From: Eledone cirrhosa
Lineage: Eukaryota
DNA length: 64,000 nucleotides
Reading direction: 5' to 3'
NCBI GenBank assembly: GCA_964016885.1
Contig: OZ024742.1
Span: 314,588,001-314,652,000 of the forward strand
Both the position numbers and the translations under genes were made by a program. The notes beneath the pieces were generated by a model, which saw only the letters and a list, made by a program, of their open reading frames with translations, did not search any database and was not told where the DNA came from. This document shows, piece after piece, positions 1 through 13,333 of the stretch. The first letter of the stretch is position 1; each line of letters starts with the position of its first letter.

Positions 1-280
1 AGAGAGAGAGAGAGCGAGAGAAAGAGAGAGAGGGTATGAGAAAAAAGGGAGAGAGGGTTGAGAAAGAAAGAGAGTGAGGAACTTTAACTTTTATTTATTT
101 ATCTATTCTTTACACACTGTTCAACTCTCCCCTTTCCTCAATCTAACGTCTCTTTCTCTCTTCCACACGAGACGTACTGTGACTGTGTGTGTTATATATA
201 TTTATGTCCGCACACACACACAAAAAGACGAATCTCTCTCTCTTTCTCTCTCTCTATATATATATATTTGTTATAAAAAT

Positions 281-472
281 TCAATCTGTGAACGCAGAAG
301 TAAATATTTCGAAGGAAAACAGGAAGACGATATTTTGGTTCGTGAAGACGTTCTCTGGTAATGAACGGAAAAAAAGCGAGGATAATACGTCGTTATGTGG
401 ACCGGAAAGAACAATTTCATGCAAAGACAAGACCAAGTTTATGGTCTAAATGGAGTCGTTAGACTAATGGTC
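281..472 (+). repeat. Dispersed unclassified repeat; reverse-complement homolog at ~16660-16921
   Basis: tcaatctgtgaacgcagaag...caggaagacgata..ttggttcgtg..gacgttctctgg matches the reverse complement of the 16.7-16.9 kb segment. Confidence 0.75.
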
Positions 473-660
473 TAATTAAAATAACCGAATGATTTCCAGC
501 CCCGGAGTTTAAGAATGATGTAAATAAAATTCTAAACGAAAATGACAGAGGTTATTAAAATAGTAAAAGTAAATAGTGAAGATTTAGGGCAGTACATATG
601 TATGCGCCGACGGACATACACACACAAATGCATACACACACACAAACAAACACACACGCG

Positions 661-1113
661 TGTGTGTGTGTGTGTGTGTGTGTAAACGCTATGCATTTCT
701 ACAGTATTTTCAACAAACTTAAGACATAGGTTACTTATGTACTCCGGATGGTCATGGATACTTTCATTTTTCCAGATATTGATTATAGGACCTCCCGGTA
801 GATTACCCCTTTAACCGCTTCCCTGGAGTCAACTGAAGCTTTGCAGTGCAATGCAACAAAACGTCATAACGTCTGGAGTTCGCAAACGATTTTCACAAAA
901 CTTGCCACATGGGCTACGTTTGTTCTACAGATGAATGTGAACTCTCAGAATTGGCACATATTGAGTAGGGGACCCCTTGGGGCAGGAACCCCCTTTTGGA
1001 AAAAGCCGATGATTTTGTAAAAGTATAGTTTTTGAAGCAACACTGAAGTATTGACATAAATGGTATACATAACTGCTATTTAATACCCGAGCAACGCCGG
1101 GTACCTCTGCTAG
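661..1113 (+). mobile_element. Non-autonomous Helitron (3' end clear, 5' end uncertain)
   Basis: Terminal hairpin cccgagcaacgccggg followed by CTAG|T at 1110-1114; similar terminus at 32877-32904. Confidence 0.65.
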
Positions 1114-1223
1114 TTTGTTGTGAGAATCGTTGTTAAAAAATAAATTATAAGAATTTTAAAATAGGGAGTTACTTTTCAATCACCCTGTATATAAACACAC
1201 ACAACACACACAATATTTATCTA

Positions 1224-1255
<32 letters not shown>

Positions 1256-3089
1256 CAGATTAATCATTTTAAAAGGTATCTATATTTGAAGTTCTAGTTA
1301 AACTTTAATTAGTTATCTACCTAGCTGTGTGTGCTTACACACTTTACAAATTATCCTCTGTGATTGTTTCATGGGTTTATTTTAGATATATATATATATA
1401 CGTCAATCAATTCCTAGTTGATATATATATATATGTATATGCAAAACAGATATTTCGCCATTCTTAGCTCCACACCGATATGTATGAATATCCATTTTGC
1501 CGGACTAAATAATAATGAGATAGAAGCATAATATGACGTCAATAACACATCTTCAACTTCGTAACTAAATTGAAATGATGGGGTGAATAGTTAAAATGAA
1601 ATGTAATCTATACAGTCTTCCTAGCTTGGATGATATATTCTGGCGATATATTCACGGGAAATTCAAGTGGAAGCTTATATGTCCGAATTGAAAGAGGTGC
1701 CGGAACATCTGTAGGCTAAACATACCTGTGTATTAGAATATATGTGCTTGATTACTGCTAAATTGACTTGACTGGGTTGCGTGTTAGTTTAATGTTGAAA
1801 CCTTTTAGCTACATATGATAAATGAAATTTAAATACCTTTTTGATTGGTTCGTTCGTTCAGTCATAAGTAGTGTAAGATTTCTAAAAGCCCCGTTATAGT
1901 TACCACATTACAGCTTAGCAACCAGTCAATTTTAACAAACGATTTCTTTCTCGCCTTATCGCAGTAGGTACCAAGTTGGTTACACATATATTTCGTTAGA
2001 ATGTAGTCAATGAAGTTTTAATTAGGTTATGTATTGTTATTATCATTCATCATCACATTTGTTATGTCCCATTTGCTCTGATGCATCTCCAAAAATCGAT
2101 ACACTTTCAAACAGTACAGACAAAAAGATTCATGTACACATTAGGTCTTCCACATATATCCCCATATATTTGTTGTACTGTGCTTCTCTCTTCTCGATTT
2201 AATAATAAATATATATATGGGTGTCTTCAATGATTTCGACCTAGGTATAAGTCACTATTAATCTAACGAAAATCGACTTTATATCATCCTAGACCCAATG
2301 TTACGTTAAATACCCTCCCTCCCAGAGGAAATGGTATACAGCCATAAAACTAACACACATCATCAATTAGAAATCTAGTAACTGGCATCATAATAATCAA
2401 CTCTAGTTAATTGTTTAAATATCTTCAACAAGCCACTCATTATTACAGCGAGATGCTCTGAAGTGTTTATTAAACGTGCGTAGGAAACTGCACATATTGT
2501 AAACGCCTACAGTATCTAGACGATTATATATACCATTTCATTGCCATTAAAGCAACACTATGTTAAGTAATATCACACAGATGGGTGCTAACTGTGTGCT
2601 TTATATTATCTGGCATATATGCTCATACAGAGGAGAAATTATTGTCTGATTTATTCTTATTACGCTGACCAAAGTTCATTCTTATCCTTACTGACCCATC
2701 GCAGCGATATAAGATATCAGGAAGGATCAGGATACTATAAAATATATCTAATGTACTGCATGAAATAGTGGCACCAGACGTATATCCTCATCTATTGTCG
2801 CTAACATTCAAAACTTCAAACACGCTATACAAAGTTGTGTCGTTGGATTTTCCATTCCAACAACAAAGAGGCTATCTATTGTCGTACCCACACTATCAAG
2901 TGGCCAAAACAGATTAATGTATGCCAGTATAAATTCTTACAATGGAGCCATTTTATTTTCATCACTTTCTCTCTCTCTCTCTCCCTCTCTCTCTCTCTCA
3001 CTCTCTTTGTATCTCTCTACATACACACATGGTGGCTGCCAACTCGTTTTCGAGTACGGCCACTACTTTATATCCATGTAGGAGAACCC

Positions 3090-3585
3090 CTACCGATGCG
3101 CTGAACGAGTGTGACTTTCTAGTCCGGCCAGCGACTTGAAAACTCTCGTACAAACACTACACTTGTGACAATTATTGACACAGTGCTGGGCCCATGGTAC
3201 CATGTGACGACAAGTGCAGAGAGATCTCCAGATATAAAGCAATGCCTGTGCCGTGAAGCTTTTATAGTGAGCAAAGGCACTGCACAAAGCCAGTCCCACT
3301 CTCTTAACCAAGATGATATTTACCAAAAAGAAGAACAAGTCAACATCATCGGATACCATCAGGGTTGCAGGTGTTATATCAGAGTTTTCCTTCTCCTAGA
3401 ATTCTGCCTTGACAAAGGCTAAGGGGTCATCTCTCGCGGTGATTTTGGATGGCCATTGGCTCTTAAGAGCTCCTTTGACAGGTTTTGGTTTTAGTCGTGC
3501 AGGATGTCCAAAGTCACCCTCCTCACCAAGAAACCTTGGTGGGGTTGCCAGTTCAGTCGCCAAGGACACGACCATGAGACAGGTT
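3090..3585 (-). mobile_element. Probable decayed LINE (RTE-like) 5' UTR/endonuclease fragment
   Basis: GC-richer block; minus strand ggcgactgaactggcaacccc resembles RTE 5' UTRs; no clean protein motif. Confidence 0.3.
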
Positions 3586-3614
3586 GTACACACATACACA
3601 CATACATACATACA

Positions 3615-4190
<576 letters not shown>

Positions 4191-4437
4191 CTCTCTCGTG
4201 AAAATCAGAATCCAGAACGTGGCTGTTTGTTATTTTCATTCTAACTTCTTTATTATTATATTTTATCATCTTTTATTATTGATGTTATTCTTTTCATTCA
4301 CTCAATTCTCCAATGTATGTATAAATACCAATTCCATGTGTTACACCCTCCAGTGTTCCGATGATTTGATCAGAGACGCACACTGTATTTAAGGTCAAGT
4401 GACGCAACTTAGAGTGATTAGCGACCTTTAGACTCAC

Positions 4438-4496
4438 CTGATCAATGAAACAATTGTTAATGCTGTAAATAAAACCCTTTTTGTACAGCCGACCAT
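4438..4496 (-). CDS. Candidate host exon encoding a signal-peptide-like MVGCTKRVLFTALTIVSLI
   Basis: AACATGG start context, basic then hydrophobic peptide, consensus donor CAG|GTGAGT at 4438/4437; no downstream exon confirmed. Confidence 0.3.
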
Positions 4497-4515
4497 GTTA
4501 TTCTTCACTCTTTCA

Positions 4516-4561
<46 letters not shown>

Positions 4562-4565
<4 letters not shown>

Positions 4566-5116
4566 ACAAACATAGAATATTCGAAAATATTCTGTATGTT
4601 TATAATAAACATTTCGAAGACCCAATCGCTATAGAATAGAATACGTCACGTATTACAATTTGAGATTCTCGATAAAAGCAAGGGAAGTAACCTACGCGTT
4701 TCATTCTTATTAGAAATCATCAGGATTACATATCCAGTGCTTTTATCGAGAATGACACAGCTAGAGACTTATAGAATACTTAGCTGTGTACAGGAACTGG
4801 TTTGAAAGAGCGGTTGCCGGTCCGGCAGAAATTAGAATTTGGATACAATGCTCTGAAATAGCGATATATATGTGAAGACAAACATAGAATATTCGAAAAT
4901 ATTCTGTATGTTTATAATAAACATTTCGAAGACCCAAAGAATGAAACGCGTAGGTTACTTCCCTTGCTTTTATCGAGAATCTCAAATTGTAATACGTGAC
5001 GTATTCTATTCTATAGCGATTGGGTCTTCGAAATGTTTATTATAAACATACAGAATATTTTCGAATATTCTATGTTTGTCTTCACATATATATCGCTATT
5101 TCAGAGCATTATATCC

Positions 5117-5121
<5 letters not shown>
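4562..5121. mobile_element. HHR-bearing PLE-pLTR-like element with direct plus inverted duplication, between (TA)n tracts
   Basis: 4562-4625 is repeated directly at ~4875-4937; 4562-4708 is inverted at 4938-5082; contains an HHR. Confidence 0.8.
4687..4729 (-). ncRNA. Minimal type-I hammerhead ribozyme (family A)
   Basis: GUAAUC-CUGAUGA-uUUCU(aaua)AGAAu-GAAA-CGCG-UA-GGUUAC: 6-bp stem I, palindromic stem III ACGCGU. Confidence 0.9.
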
Positions 5122-5179
<58 letters not shown>

Positions 5180-5194
5180 CGGGTAAAATTCCAG

Positions 5195-5560
5195 AGATCC
5201 ATCGACGAGTTCTCTCCAGCGGTCTCTGTCCATCATTATTGCTGCCATGTCCTGCGTCTCCAACAGTCAAGTGTCTGTCCTTAGGGCATCAACATACGTT
5301 AACTTTGGACTTCCACTTCTAGTGTGTCCATGTAGGGGCTCCCACAGGAGCACTGAGTGCAATGTCTACTCTGGATGTCGGTGAGCATGTCCAGCTAACC
5401 TCAGTCTCCTCTGTGTCACTTTTGAGCTGACTTTTGGGAGACTCCCATACAGCTCTGAGATTTTCATCCTCAGTGTATACTGATTAATGTACAGAGCCAT
5501 CCTCAGCATTCTCGTGTAGCACCCATCCACCATCGCTTTGGAGACCTTACTTTTGGGATT
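5195..5560 (-). mobile_element. RTE-clade LINE 3' fragment
   Basis: Minus-strand translation DGCYTRMLRMAL...ELYGSLP...RRLRLAGH..RHPE...LLWEPLHG...TYVDAL...MDRDRWR. Confidence 0.85.
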
Positions 5561-5598
5561 ACCCTCGTATATATATATATATATATAACCAAAAGTTA

Positions 5599-5635
<37 letters not shown>

Positions 5636-8590
5636 TTATATATACATATCTCCAATATATATGTATATATATATGTATATATACATATAATGTACTTTTA
5701 TATATAATGTGAAAATGTAGAATACCAACACTAAAGGTCTCACGGCCGTTGACCTTGAGATGTGAAACGAATTTATAAAATAACATATGATAAAACTATT
5801 AGATGATATAATTTGGAGACAATAACCAATATAACATAATTAGGGTCATAACATACGGAACAACCTTTGTACATTGACTATTAAATATATTCACCTATAT
5901 TTAAAATATGTTTGGAAACTATCAAACGTCCGCACTTCTAAATTAACTCACGCTCATTCAAACCGTTTCCGATCTACCGATAGAATATTTACAAATGGAT
6001 AGTTACACATGTAAACATTTGGCATTCTAGAGGCTTCATATCCGCTGTCAGTTAGCGCGAGAACACGCAAACATATTCACAATTCACATCATAATATTAT
6101 CTGATTTTTTATGCACTCATGTACATAATTTAATCTCCTATATGCTGGAATGTACTTGTGCCATCTACCAATTGTATTTATATATTTGTTCTTCAGTATT
6201 AGTTTAACGAGCAATTTAACTACCATTGGTCATATCCGTTCACAGTAATCTGACCACAAAACTCATCAATGGATGTCCATTTGCCGTTTCCGGTTATAAC
6301 TTAATTAGTCAACAGTGATTTACAACGATTACAATTTTAAGGATATTACATTTCACATAGTTACTACTATCAATAATCTTCAGTCGAATAAATTGCTTAC
6401 AGTTCATATCACAAGTATCGACTGCTGATAGAAAGAACTGAAATGATTTCGTATATCGTTTTATCGATCTGCATTGACTTAAAGGAAATGTCAAGGTGTA
6501 TAAACTATGCTTGATTTCCATGTGGGTTTACCTTTATTCAATGGTATGTTCAGGCATTTTATATGTACCGATAATTTCGATCGCCTGCTAAGTGATATAA
6601 TATCCAAAATGTTTTTCTGTTCATATTGACGCTGTTTAGAACTGGATTTGCTCTATTCTTACAAATTATCAAAGGTGCTTCACCAACAATCATCTTCTTG
6701 TCTTGACTATACCTACGATTTTTTGTATTACTTCTATTCTTAAGATGCGATTAGAAAGGAAATGTAGCTGTTATTTCAAACAGGCTGCATTACTGATTAG
6801 AGACTGTGTCTTTCATATTGTTAGATATACCTTAGAGAATAAGAAATTCTTGTAAACCTTCCATAAATTAGAGCCTAAAATACGGTTTTCGGTCAGATTC
6901 TATGCGTTATTTAATCTGACGTTGATCAGTAAGATGTTACTATTAACAAGAGCGCGTACTGAAGTTGAGTGAGGGTCAGTAATGTAATTAGTCAAAGTCA
7001 CAGTAAATAGGTTTTTTACACATAATTAAATACTAGAATACATATTTAGATCTCTGTAACTCTATTCTATGTGAGGTGATGTACCGTGCGCAAATACACT
7101 GCAATAATTTGCTCATGATGATCGCAAATTAAGAACATAGTTATGTATGCGCCTTAGTTGATGTAAGCTGCAACATATTGCTTTAGTTGATGTGTATAAT
7201 CTCTACGTATACTGATATGTAAAACTGGACATGTATCCGGCAAATCTCTCTTCAGAAGCCCTAATCTATGGGTACTAATTCAAGAGTAAAATTAAACTTC
7301 AATAATGTAGTAATTGCCTATATTATATATTAACCTTATAATGTTGGAATTGGGAATGATAAATTGTTAACCGTCTCTACATACATCACACACAGCACTC
7401 ATTGTGAGAAAGTAGATTTTTCATCGATATATCTAATTCATGGAGAGGTCAGCTTATCCTTCATTGGACGAAGCAATGTCTCTAGCATTGGTATTGCTAG
7501 GGAACACATAGCATTGATTAAAATCTTCTTTTCACCATTTACCTCTCTCACATAAATTTCGACAACAGTATCCACGTGCCCTTTCTTGAGGTGTGCCTAC
7601 ATACTTTCTATTTATGTGTGTCTACCGTTTCTCCATATTCATCAAATCCTCAACCACTATTTTATTATCGCATATGCTTCATTAAAGTCTGCTATCTCTT
7701 TCAATATTTCAATATTGCAACTGCACGTAGTCCTCACATTCCGTTCACACCAAAGTTGCTGGCTTACAGCTTGAATACTTTTTCATTCTCAATTTTACGA
7801 ACCAATTAACATCGATATTACTTGGTATCTCTAAAGGACACAACTATAGCAAATACTTCTTCGCTTCAATAACAAACCAAACATTTACTTCTGATTTGAT
7901 AAATATTGCGATAAACTTCACAATACTTACTGCATAATATTCCCAGGCCTTGGTATATAGATTCAGCTCTGTATGTTCTATTCTAAATGCCACAGGCGAG
8001 TAATATGTCATGTTATATGCATTTGAGACTTTTTTACAGTGGATTTGTTATTTAAATTGTAGATATATTTTATAGTGCAATTTGTGAACAATACTGCCGT
8101 TAGTTAAACCTTCTGAAAAACTGATCAAAGTTCACTATCTTTAGCTAGAGTGACGAGGGAACGTCAACGGATTTTCAATTTATAACCTTTCCATTTACAT
8201 CGGTCAAAGATTTTCACATACATCCGAATATATTTTCTACTTCAACCTCTCTATCCCTCACCTATCTCTCTCTATATATATATTCATTAAAATAACAGAT
8301 TACTATATATATATATATATATATATAGCGGCGATGAATTAGTTTTGCGAGGTTTTTTATATGAAATCATGTGTCGAAACAAATATTGTTATACTTGGGG
8401 AGGGTCATATTTGTGTAATATTGCCAGAATTAATACAGAACACACTCACTGTTTGGTTGGTTTTCGCTTCTCGCTTCTCTGTCTTTTATATCGGTAATCT
8501 AACTTACTCGGTCCTCAATGTTGCCATTGACTAACCGACGGTCAAAAATAATACAGATACAATATAGACACAAACACATATATATAGTTT

Positions 8591-8632
8591 ATCATAAATC
8601 TTTCGTTGCACATCTGCAACATCGTCAGTGGT
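8591..8632 (-). ncRNA. Hammerhead ribozyme (family B), sense to the PLE ORF
   Basis: ACCA-CUGACGA-uGUUGCA(gaug)UGCAAC-GAAA-GAUU-UA-UGAU; one stem I mismatch. Confidence 0.75.
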
Positions 8633-8871
8633 GTTATATCTTCCTCCTATTGTATTGTATGTCTACGCCATTTTTATTCAGTCTGTCTATATATTTATTT
8701 ATTTATTTGCTTGTTTGTTTATTTTATTTTGTCTTCTTTGCGCATGAGTTTGCGTGTGTGTATAGTGTTTTGTTTGCTGTGTGATGGGTGACTAGTGTGT
8801 GTTTATGTGCTTGTTGTTATTGTGCTTGTGTATGTATTTATTTATTTATTTATTTTATTTTATTTACTTAT

Positions 8872-9783
8872 TTATACTTCTCTTAGGTCAGTGTTGTTTG
8901 TTTGGGTGTTGTTGTTATTCCATTCATTCTTTCTGTTTAGCCTTGGTCTTCTAATTTCTATTTCACTGGCCTCTCTGATTTGCCTATCTGCTGGGTCATT
9001 TCTATGTTTAGATATTATTCTAATTTCTATGTTGTCTATGTTACCGTCATGTTGTTGTCTAGCATGTTCGTATAGTACTGACCCGTTTTTTCGTCCTTTT
9101 AGTTCCCCCCAGTGTTGGTCTATCCTTTCAACTATGCTACGAGCTGTCTCACCTATGTATGTTGTTATCATGTTTGTGCAAGTACCCTCTGTACATCTTA
9201 TGCTATAGACTACGTTTCTAGTTTTACAGTTTATCCGGGGGTTCACCTTACATATGATACATTTCCTATTGGTAAAGTGGGTTTTCTTAAAAGGGTAGGT
9301 TTTGCTGATCAGCGATTTTATGGTGGTTCCTGGCTTTTCTACCACCTTTATTTTTAAGTGGGTCTTTCTCAGGGCCTTTCTACACTGGTTAGCTAATTTC
9401 CCTCCTAGGGAGGCATCCACAAACATGACACTCTGGTATCTCTGGTTGTCGTACCATGAGGTTGCTTTCCCTATCTTATGTCTAGCCCTATCTAAGATAT
9501 TCCATGATTTGCTCCTGTATAATGGGCAAATTCCTTTCATGTCCAGTTCTATGAGGGTCTTATACTTTTCCATGGCTCCTTCGTATACTCTGACTCTGTC
9601 TCTTTGGTTGTAGCCAGAGAACTGCATGCGGTTGATGAAGTGTTGGATGTGTCTTTCCATTTCTGTTGGGTCGCACATGCGGGACACATTCTTCATCACT
9701 CGTACCAAATCTGCGATCAGAATATTAAACTTAGCACTACTGGACATTGGTGAGTTTTTGAGTATCAAGTATTTGGAGGCCAT
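8872..9783 (-). CDS. PLE polyprotein C-terminal part: RT thumb/linker + GIY-YIG endonuclease
   Basis: CIIC...C..RNVVYSIRC..C...YIGETARS..ER..QH...HARQQH...RQIREA..I...LNRKNEW. Confidence 0.9.
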   Translation of the reverse strand: MASKYLILKNSPMSSSAKFNILIADLVRVMKNVSRMCDPTEMERHIQHFINRMQFSGYNQRDRVRVYEGAMEKYKTLIELDMKGICPLYRSKSWNILDRARHKIGKATSWYDNQRYQSVMFVDASLGGKLANQCRKALRKTHLKIKVVEKPGTTIKSLISKTYPFKKTHFTNRKCIICKVNPRINCKTRNVVYSIRCTEGTCTNMITTYIGETARSIVERIDQHWGELKGRKNGSVLYEHARQQHDGNIDNIEIRIISKHRNDPADRQIREASEIEIRRPRLNRKNEWNNNNTQTNNTDLREV

Positions 9784-9946
9784 GGGTTTAGCATCGTGTG
9801 AGTGGAGAATTTGGGCTCTCTCGTCTATAGTGTTAATCTCAAAAATACCCAGATAACATCGACAATATCCGTATGACTGATGTAAAACTACCGGAAGAAT
9901 TTACCAATGACCACACAGTAAATATCTATGGGAACACTTATATATA

Positions 9947-10022
<76 letters not shown>

Positions 10023-10027
10023 CATAT

Positions 10028-10085
<58 letters not shown>

Positions 10086-10283
10086 ATACTTGGGAGTGGG
10101 TCATAGTGTTGTAATAATATTGCCAGAAATAATAACAGAACACACTCACTGTTTGGTTGGTTTTCGCTCCTGTATCTTTTATATCTCCACAGTTAATTCA
10201 TTCGGTCCTCAATGTTTACCATTAACTGACCAACGGTCAAAAATACAGATATAATATAGATATAAACACACATATATATAGTC

Positions 10284-10326
10284 TAACAAAGTTCTTTTGT
10301 TGCACATCTGCAACATCATCAGTGGT
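10284..10326 (-). ncRNA. Family B hammerhead, core-mutated (GAAA>AAAA)
   Basis: CUGAUGA-uGUUGCA(gaug)UGCAAC-AAAA-GAAC-UU. Confidence 0.6.
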
Positions 10327-12213
10327 ACTATTATGTTCCTCCTGTTGTATTGTATATCTACGCCATTTTTATTTTGTCTGTTTATTTATGTATTTATTTA
10401 TTTTTGTCTTCTTCTCTGCGCATGCGTTTGCATGTGTGTATAGTGTTTGGTGTGTGTTCGCGTTTGGGTGACTGCGTCTCGGTTATTGTATTCTATCTTT
10501 GTTTACTAGTGTGTGTTTATTGTTATTGTGCTTGTGTATATATTTATTTATTTATTTATTTATATTTCTCTTAAGTCAGTATTGTTTGTTTGGGTGTTGT
10601 TGTTATTCAATTCATTTTTTCTGTTTAGTTTTGGCCTTCTAAGCTATATTTCGCTTGCCTCTCTGATTTCCCTATCTGCTGGATCATTTTTATGATTAGA
10701 TATTATTTTAATTTCTATATTGACTATGTTACCGCCATGTTGTTGTCTGGCGTGTTCGTATAGGACTGAACCGTTTTTTTCTTCCTTTTAGTTCCCCCCA
10801 GTGTTGGTCTATCCTTTCACCTATGCTACGAGCTGTCTCGCCTATTTATGTTATTGTCATGTTTCTGCAAGTACCCTCTGTGCATCTTAAGCTATAGACT
10901 ACGTTTCTAGTTTTACAGTTTATCTGGGGGTTTACTCTACATATAACACAAGAGTATGATTTGCTGATCAGGGATTTTATGGTAGTTCATGGCTTTTCTC
11001 CCACTTTAATCTTTAAATGGGTCTTTCTCAGGGCCTTCCTACACTGGTTAGCTAATTTCCCTCCAGGGGTAGCGTCCACGAACATGACACTCTGGTATCT
11101 CTGGTTGTTGTTACCATTAGGTGGCTTTCCCTATCTTATGTTTAGTCCTATCTAAGATATTCCATGATTTGCTCCTGTATAATGGACAAATTCCTTTCAT
11201 GTCCAGTTCTATGAGGGTCTTATTCTTCTCCGTGGCTCCTTCGTATACTCTGATTTTGTCTCTTTGGTTGTAGCCAGAGAACTGCATGCAGTTGCTGAAG
11301 TGTTGGATGTGTCTTTCCATTTATGTTGGGTCGCACATGCGGGACACGTTCTTCATCACTCGTACCAAGTCTGCGATTAGAATATTAAAATTAGCCCTAC
11401 TGTACATTGCTGATTTGTTGAGTATCAGGTATTTGGAGGAAATGGGTTTAGCGTAGTGTGAGTGGAGAATTTGGGCCCTATCGTCTATAGTGTTAATCCA
11501 GAGTTCTGTGTCTAATACAGGTAGTCTACTGTTAGGGTGTTTGGAAGGGTTGTCGGTAGTTACAGTTATACTCTGGTGTATGGAGTTAGCTATCTGCTGG
11601 ATGCTTTCCATTGTGCTACCTTCTAAATCATATGTGTTAGTACTCTCTTGTGGGGGAGTCCTTATTACTATATTAATGTCGTCTACGTAACGAGAGTACA
11701 TGATGAGGTCTATGACAACAACATAAATAGGCGAGACAGCTCGTAGCATAGGTGAAATGATAGACCAACACTGGGGGAAACTAAAAGGGAAAGAAAACGG
11801 TTCAGTACTTTACCAACACGCCAGACAACATCATGACGGTAACATAGACAACATAGAAATTAAAATAAATGACCCAGCAGATAGGCAAATCAGAGAGGCA
11901 AGCGAAATATAGCTTAGAAGGCCAAAGCTAAACAGAAAAAATGAATGGAATAACAACAACACCCAAACAAACAATACTGACTTAAGAGAAATATAAATAA
12001 GTTAATAAATATATACACAAGCACAATAACAACAAACACATATAAACACACACTAGTAAACGAAGATAGAATACAATAACCGAAACGCAGTCACCCAAAC
12101 GCGAACACACACGCAAACGCATGCGCAGAGAAGACACAAATAAATAAATAAATAAATAAACAGACAAAATAAAAATGGCGTAGATATACAAAACAACAGG
12201 AGGAACATAATAG

Positions 12214-12257
12214 TAGCACTGATGATGTTGCAGATGTGCAACAAAAGAACTTTGTTA
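12214..12257 (+). ncRNA. Family B hammerhead, core-mutated (GAAA>AAAA)
   Basis: UAGCA-CUGAUGA-uGUUGCA(gaug)UGCAAC-AAAA-GAAC-UU-UGUUA; 5-bp stem I intact. Confidence 0.6.
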
Positions 12258-12514
12258 GACTATATATATGTGTGTTTATATCTATACTATATCTGTATTT
12301 TTGACCGTTGGTCAGTTAATGGTAAACATTGCGGACCGAATGAATTAGCTGTGGAGATATAAAAGATACAGGAGCGAAAGCCAACCAAACAGTGAGTGTG
12401 TTCTGTTAATATTTCTGGCAATATTATTACAATATGACCCTTCCCAATTATAACAATATTTGTTTCGACACACGATTTCATATCAAAAACCTCGCAAAAC
12501 AAATATATGTATAT

Positions 12515-12623
12515 ATCCAGAATCAGACAGATCCACACAATAATCGTGTCTCGAGCTGTCCGCCGGCAAACCAATTGTAACACACAATAAATTGAGTTCA
12601 GATCCATTACTGATTTTTCGTTT

Positions 12624-12629
<6 letters not shown>
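12515..12629 (+). repeat. Fragment of repeat family Y (see 41016-41364)
   Basis: tccagaatcagacagatcc...ctcgagctgtc...caattgtaacacacaataaattgagttcagat shared with 41248-41364. Confidence 0.85.
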
Positions 12630-12665
<36 letters not shown>

Positions 12666-12762
12666 CCAAAGATTAGTATGGTTCGTTGATTACTAAATGA
12701 ATACAATTTTACAATAGATTAGAAGCACTCAACAAGAAAGTTTTCCTGGAGTGTTTAATATT

Positions 12763-13114
12763 ATTCAAAATATTAACAAATCAAACATATTCTCATAATC
12801 AAAATATATACTTTATTATATATATATTTCAAAGGAACTGTGTTGTTTTTTTTCAGTACGTCCTTATCAGACAAAATATGTGATTTGATATATGACATAC
12901 CGCTACGGTCTTGATTATTCAATTCTTGATTATTCAATTCCAGTATTGGCATATACTGGAATTAAATAATCAAGACCGTAGCGGTATGTCATATATCAAA
13001 TCATATATTTTGTCTGATAAAGACGTACTTAAAATACAACACAGTACATTTGAAATATATATAATAAAGTATATATTTTGATTATGATAATATTTTCCAT
13101 TTGTTAATATTTTG

Positions 13115-13117
<3 letters not shown>
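12763..13117. repeat. ~355-bp fold-back palindrome (MITE or foldback relic)
   Basis: Arms of about 170 bp centred on ccagtat-tggcat-atactgg (~12948); 15-bp tandem duplication in the left arm. Confidence 0.85.
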
Positions 13118-13159
<42 letters not shown>

Positions 13160-13291
13160 TGAATACAATAAATGCAATCTGAGTTTTTCGAATATTAATA
13201 ATGACTTTCGATTCGTTTGCAATTATGCAAACAAGCCTCAATTTCATCACCATGTCAGTATAATGAACACTTCATTCTTGGTCTTGTGTTG

Positions 13292-13333
13292 GCAGACACT
13301 AATGTTTCTGAGTATCACCCTTCATCAGTACAG
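13292..13333 (-). ncRNA. Hammerhead ribozyme (family C), GUC triplet
   Basis: cuGUA-CUGAUGA-aGGGU(gau)ACUCa-GAAAC-auuagu-GUC-UGC. Confidence 0.75.

Larger units (their letters stand above)
8329..9838 (-). mobile_element. Penelope-like element copy A (5'-truncated; Nematis-like), with 3' UTR/pLTR
   Basis: Contains ORF 8872-9783 and an HHR-bearing 3' region shared with copy B. Confidence 0.9.
10079..12500 (-). mobile_element. Penelope-like element copy B with inverted 3' segment (arms ~10079-10858 and ~11712-12457)
   Basis: RT motif YSRYVDDINI near 11680, RLPVLD, HYAKP; stops and frameshifts; 11712-12500 is the reverse complement of the EN end and 3' UTR. Confidence 0.9.
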
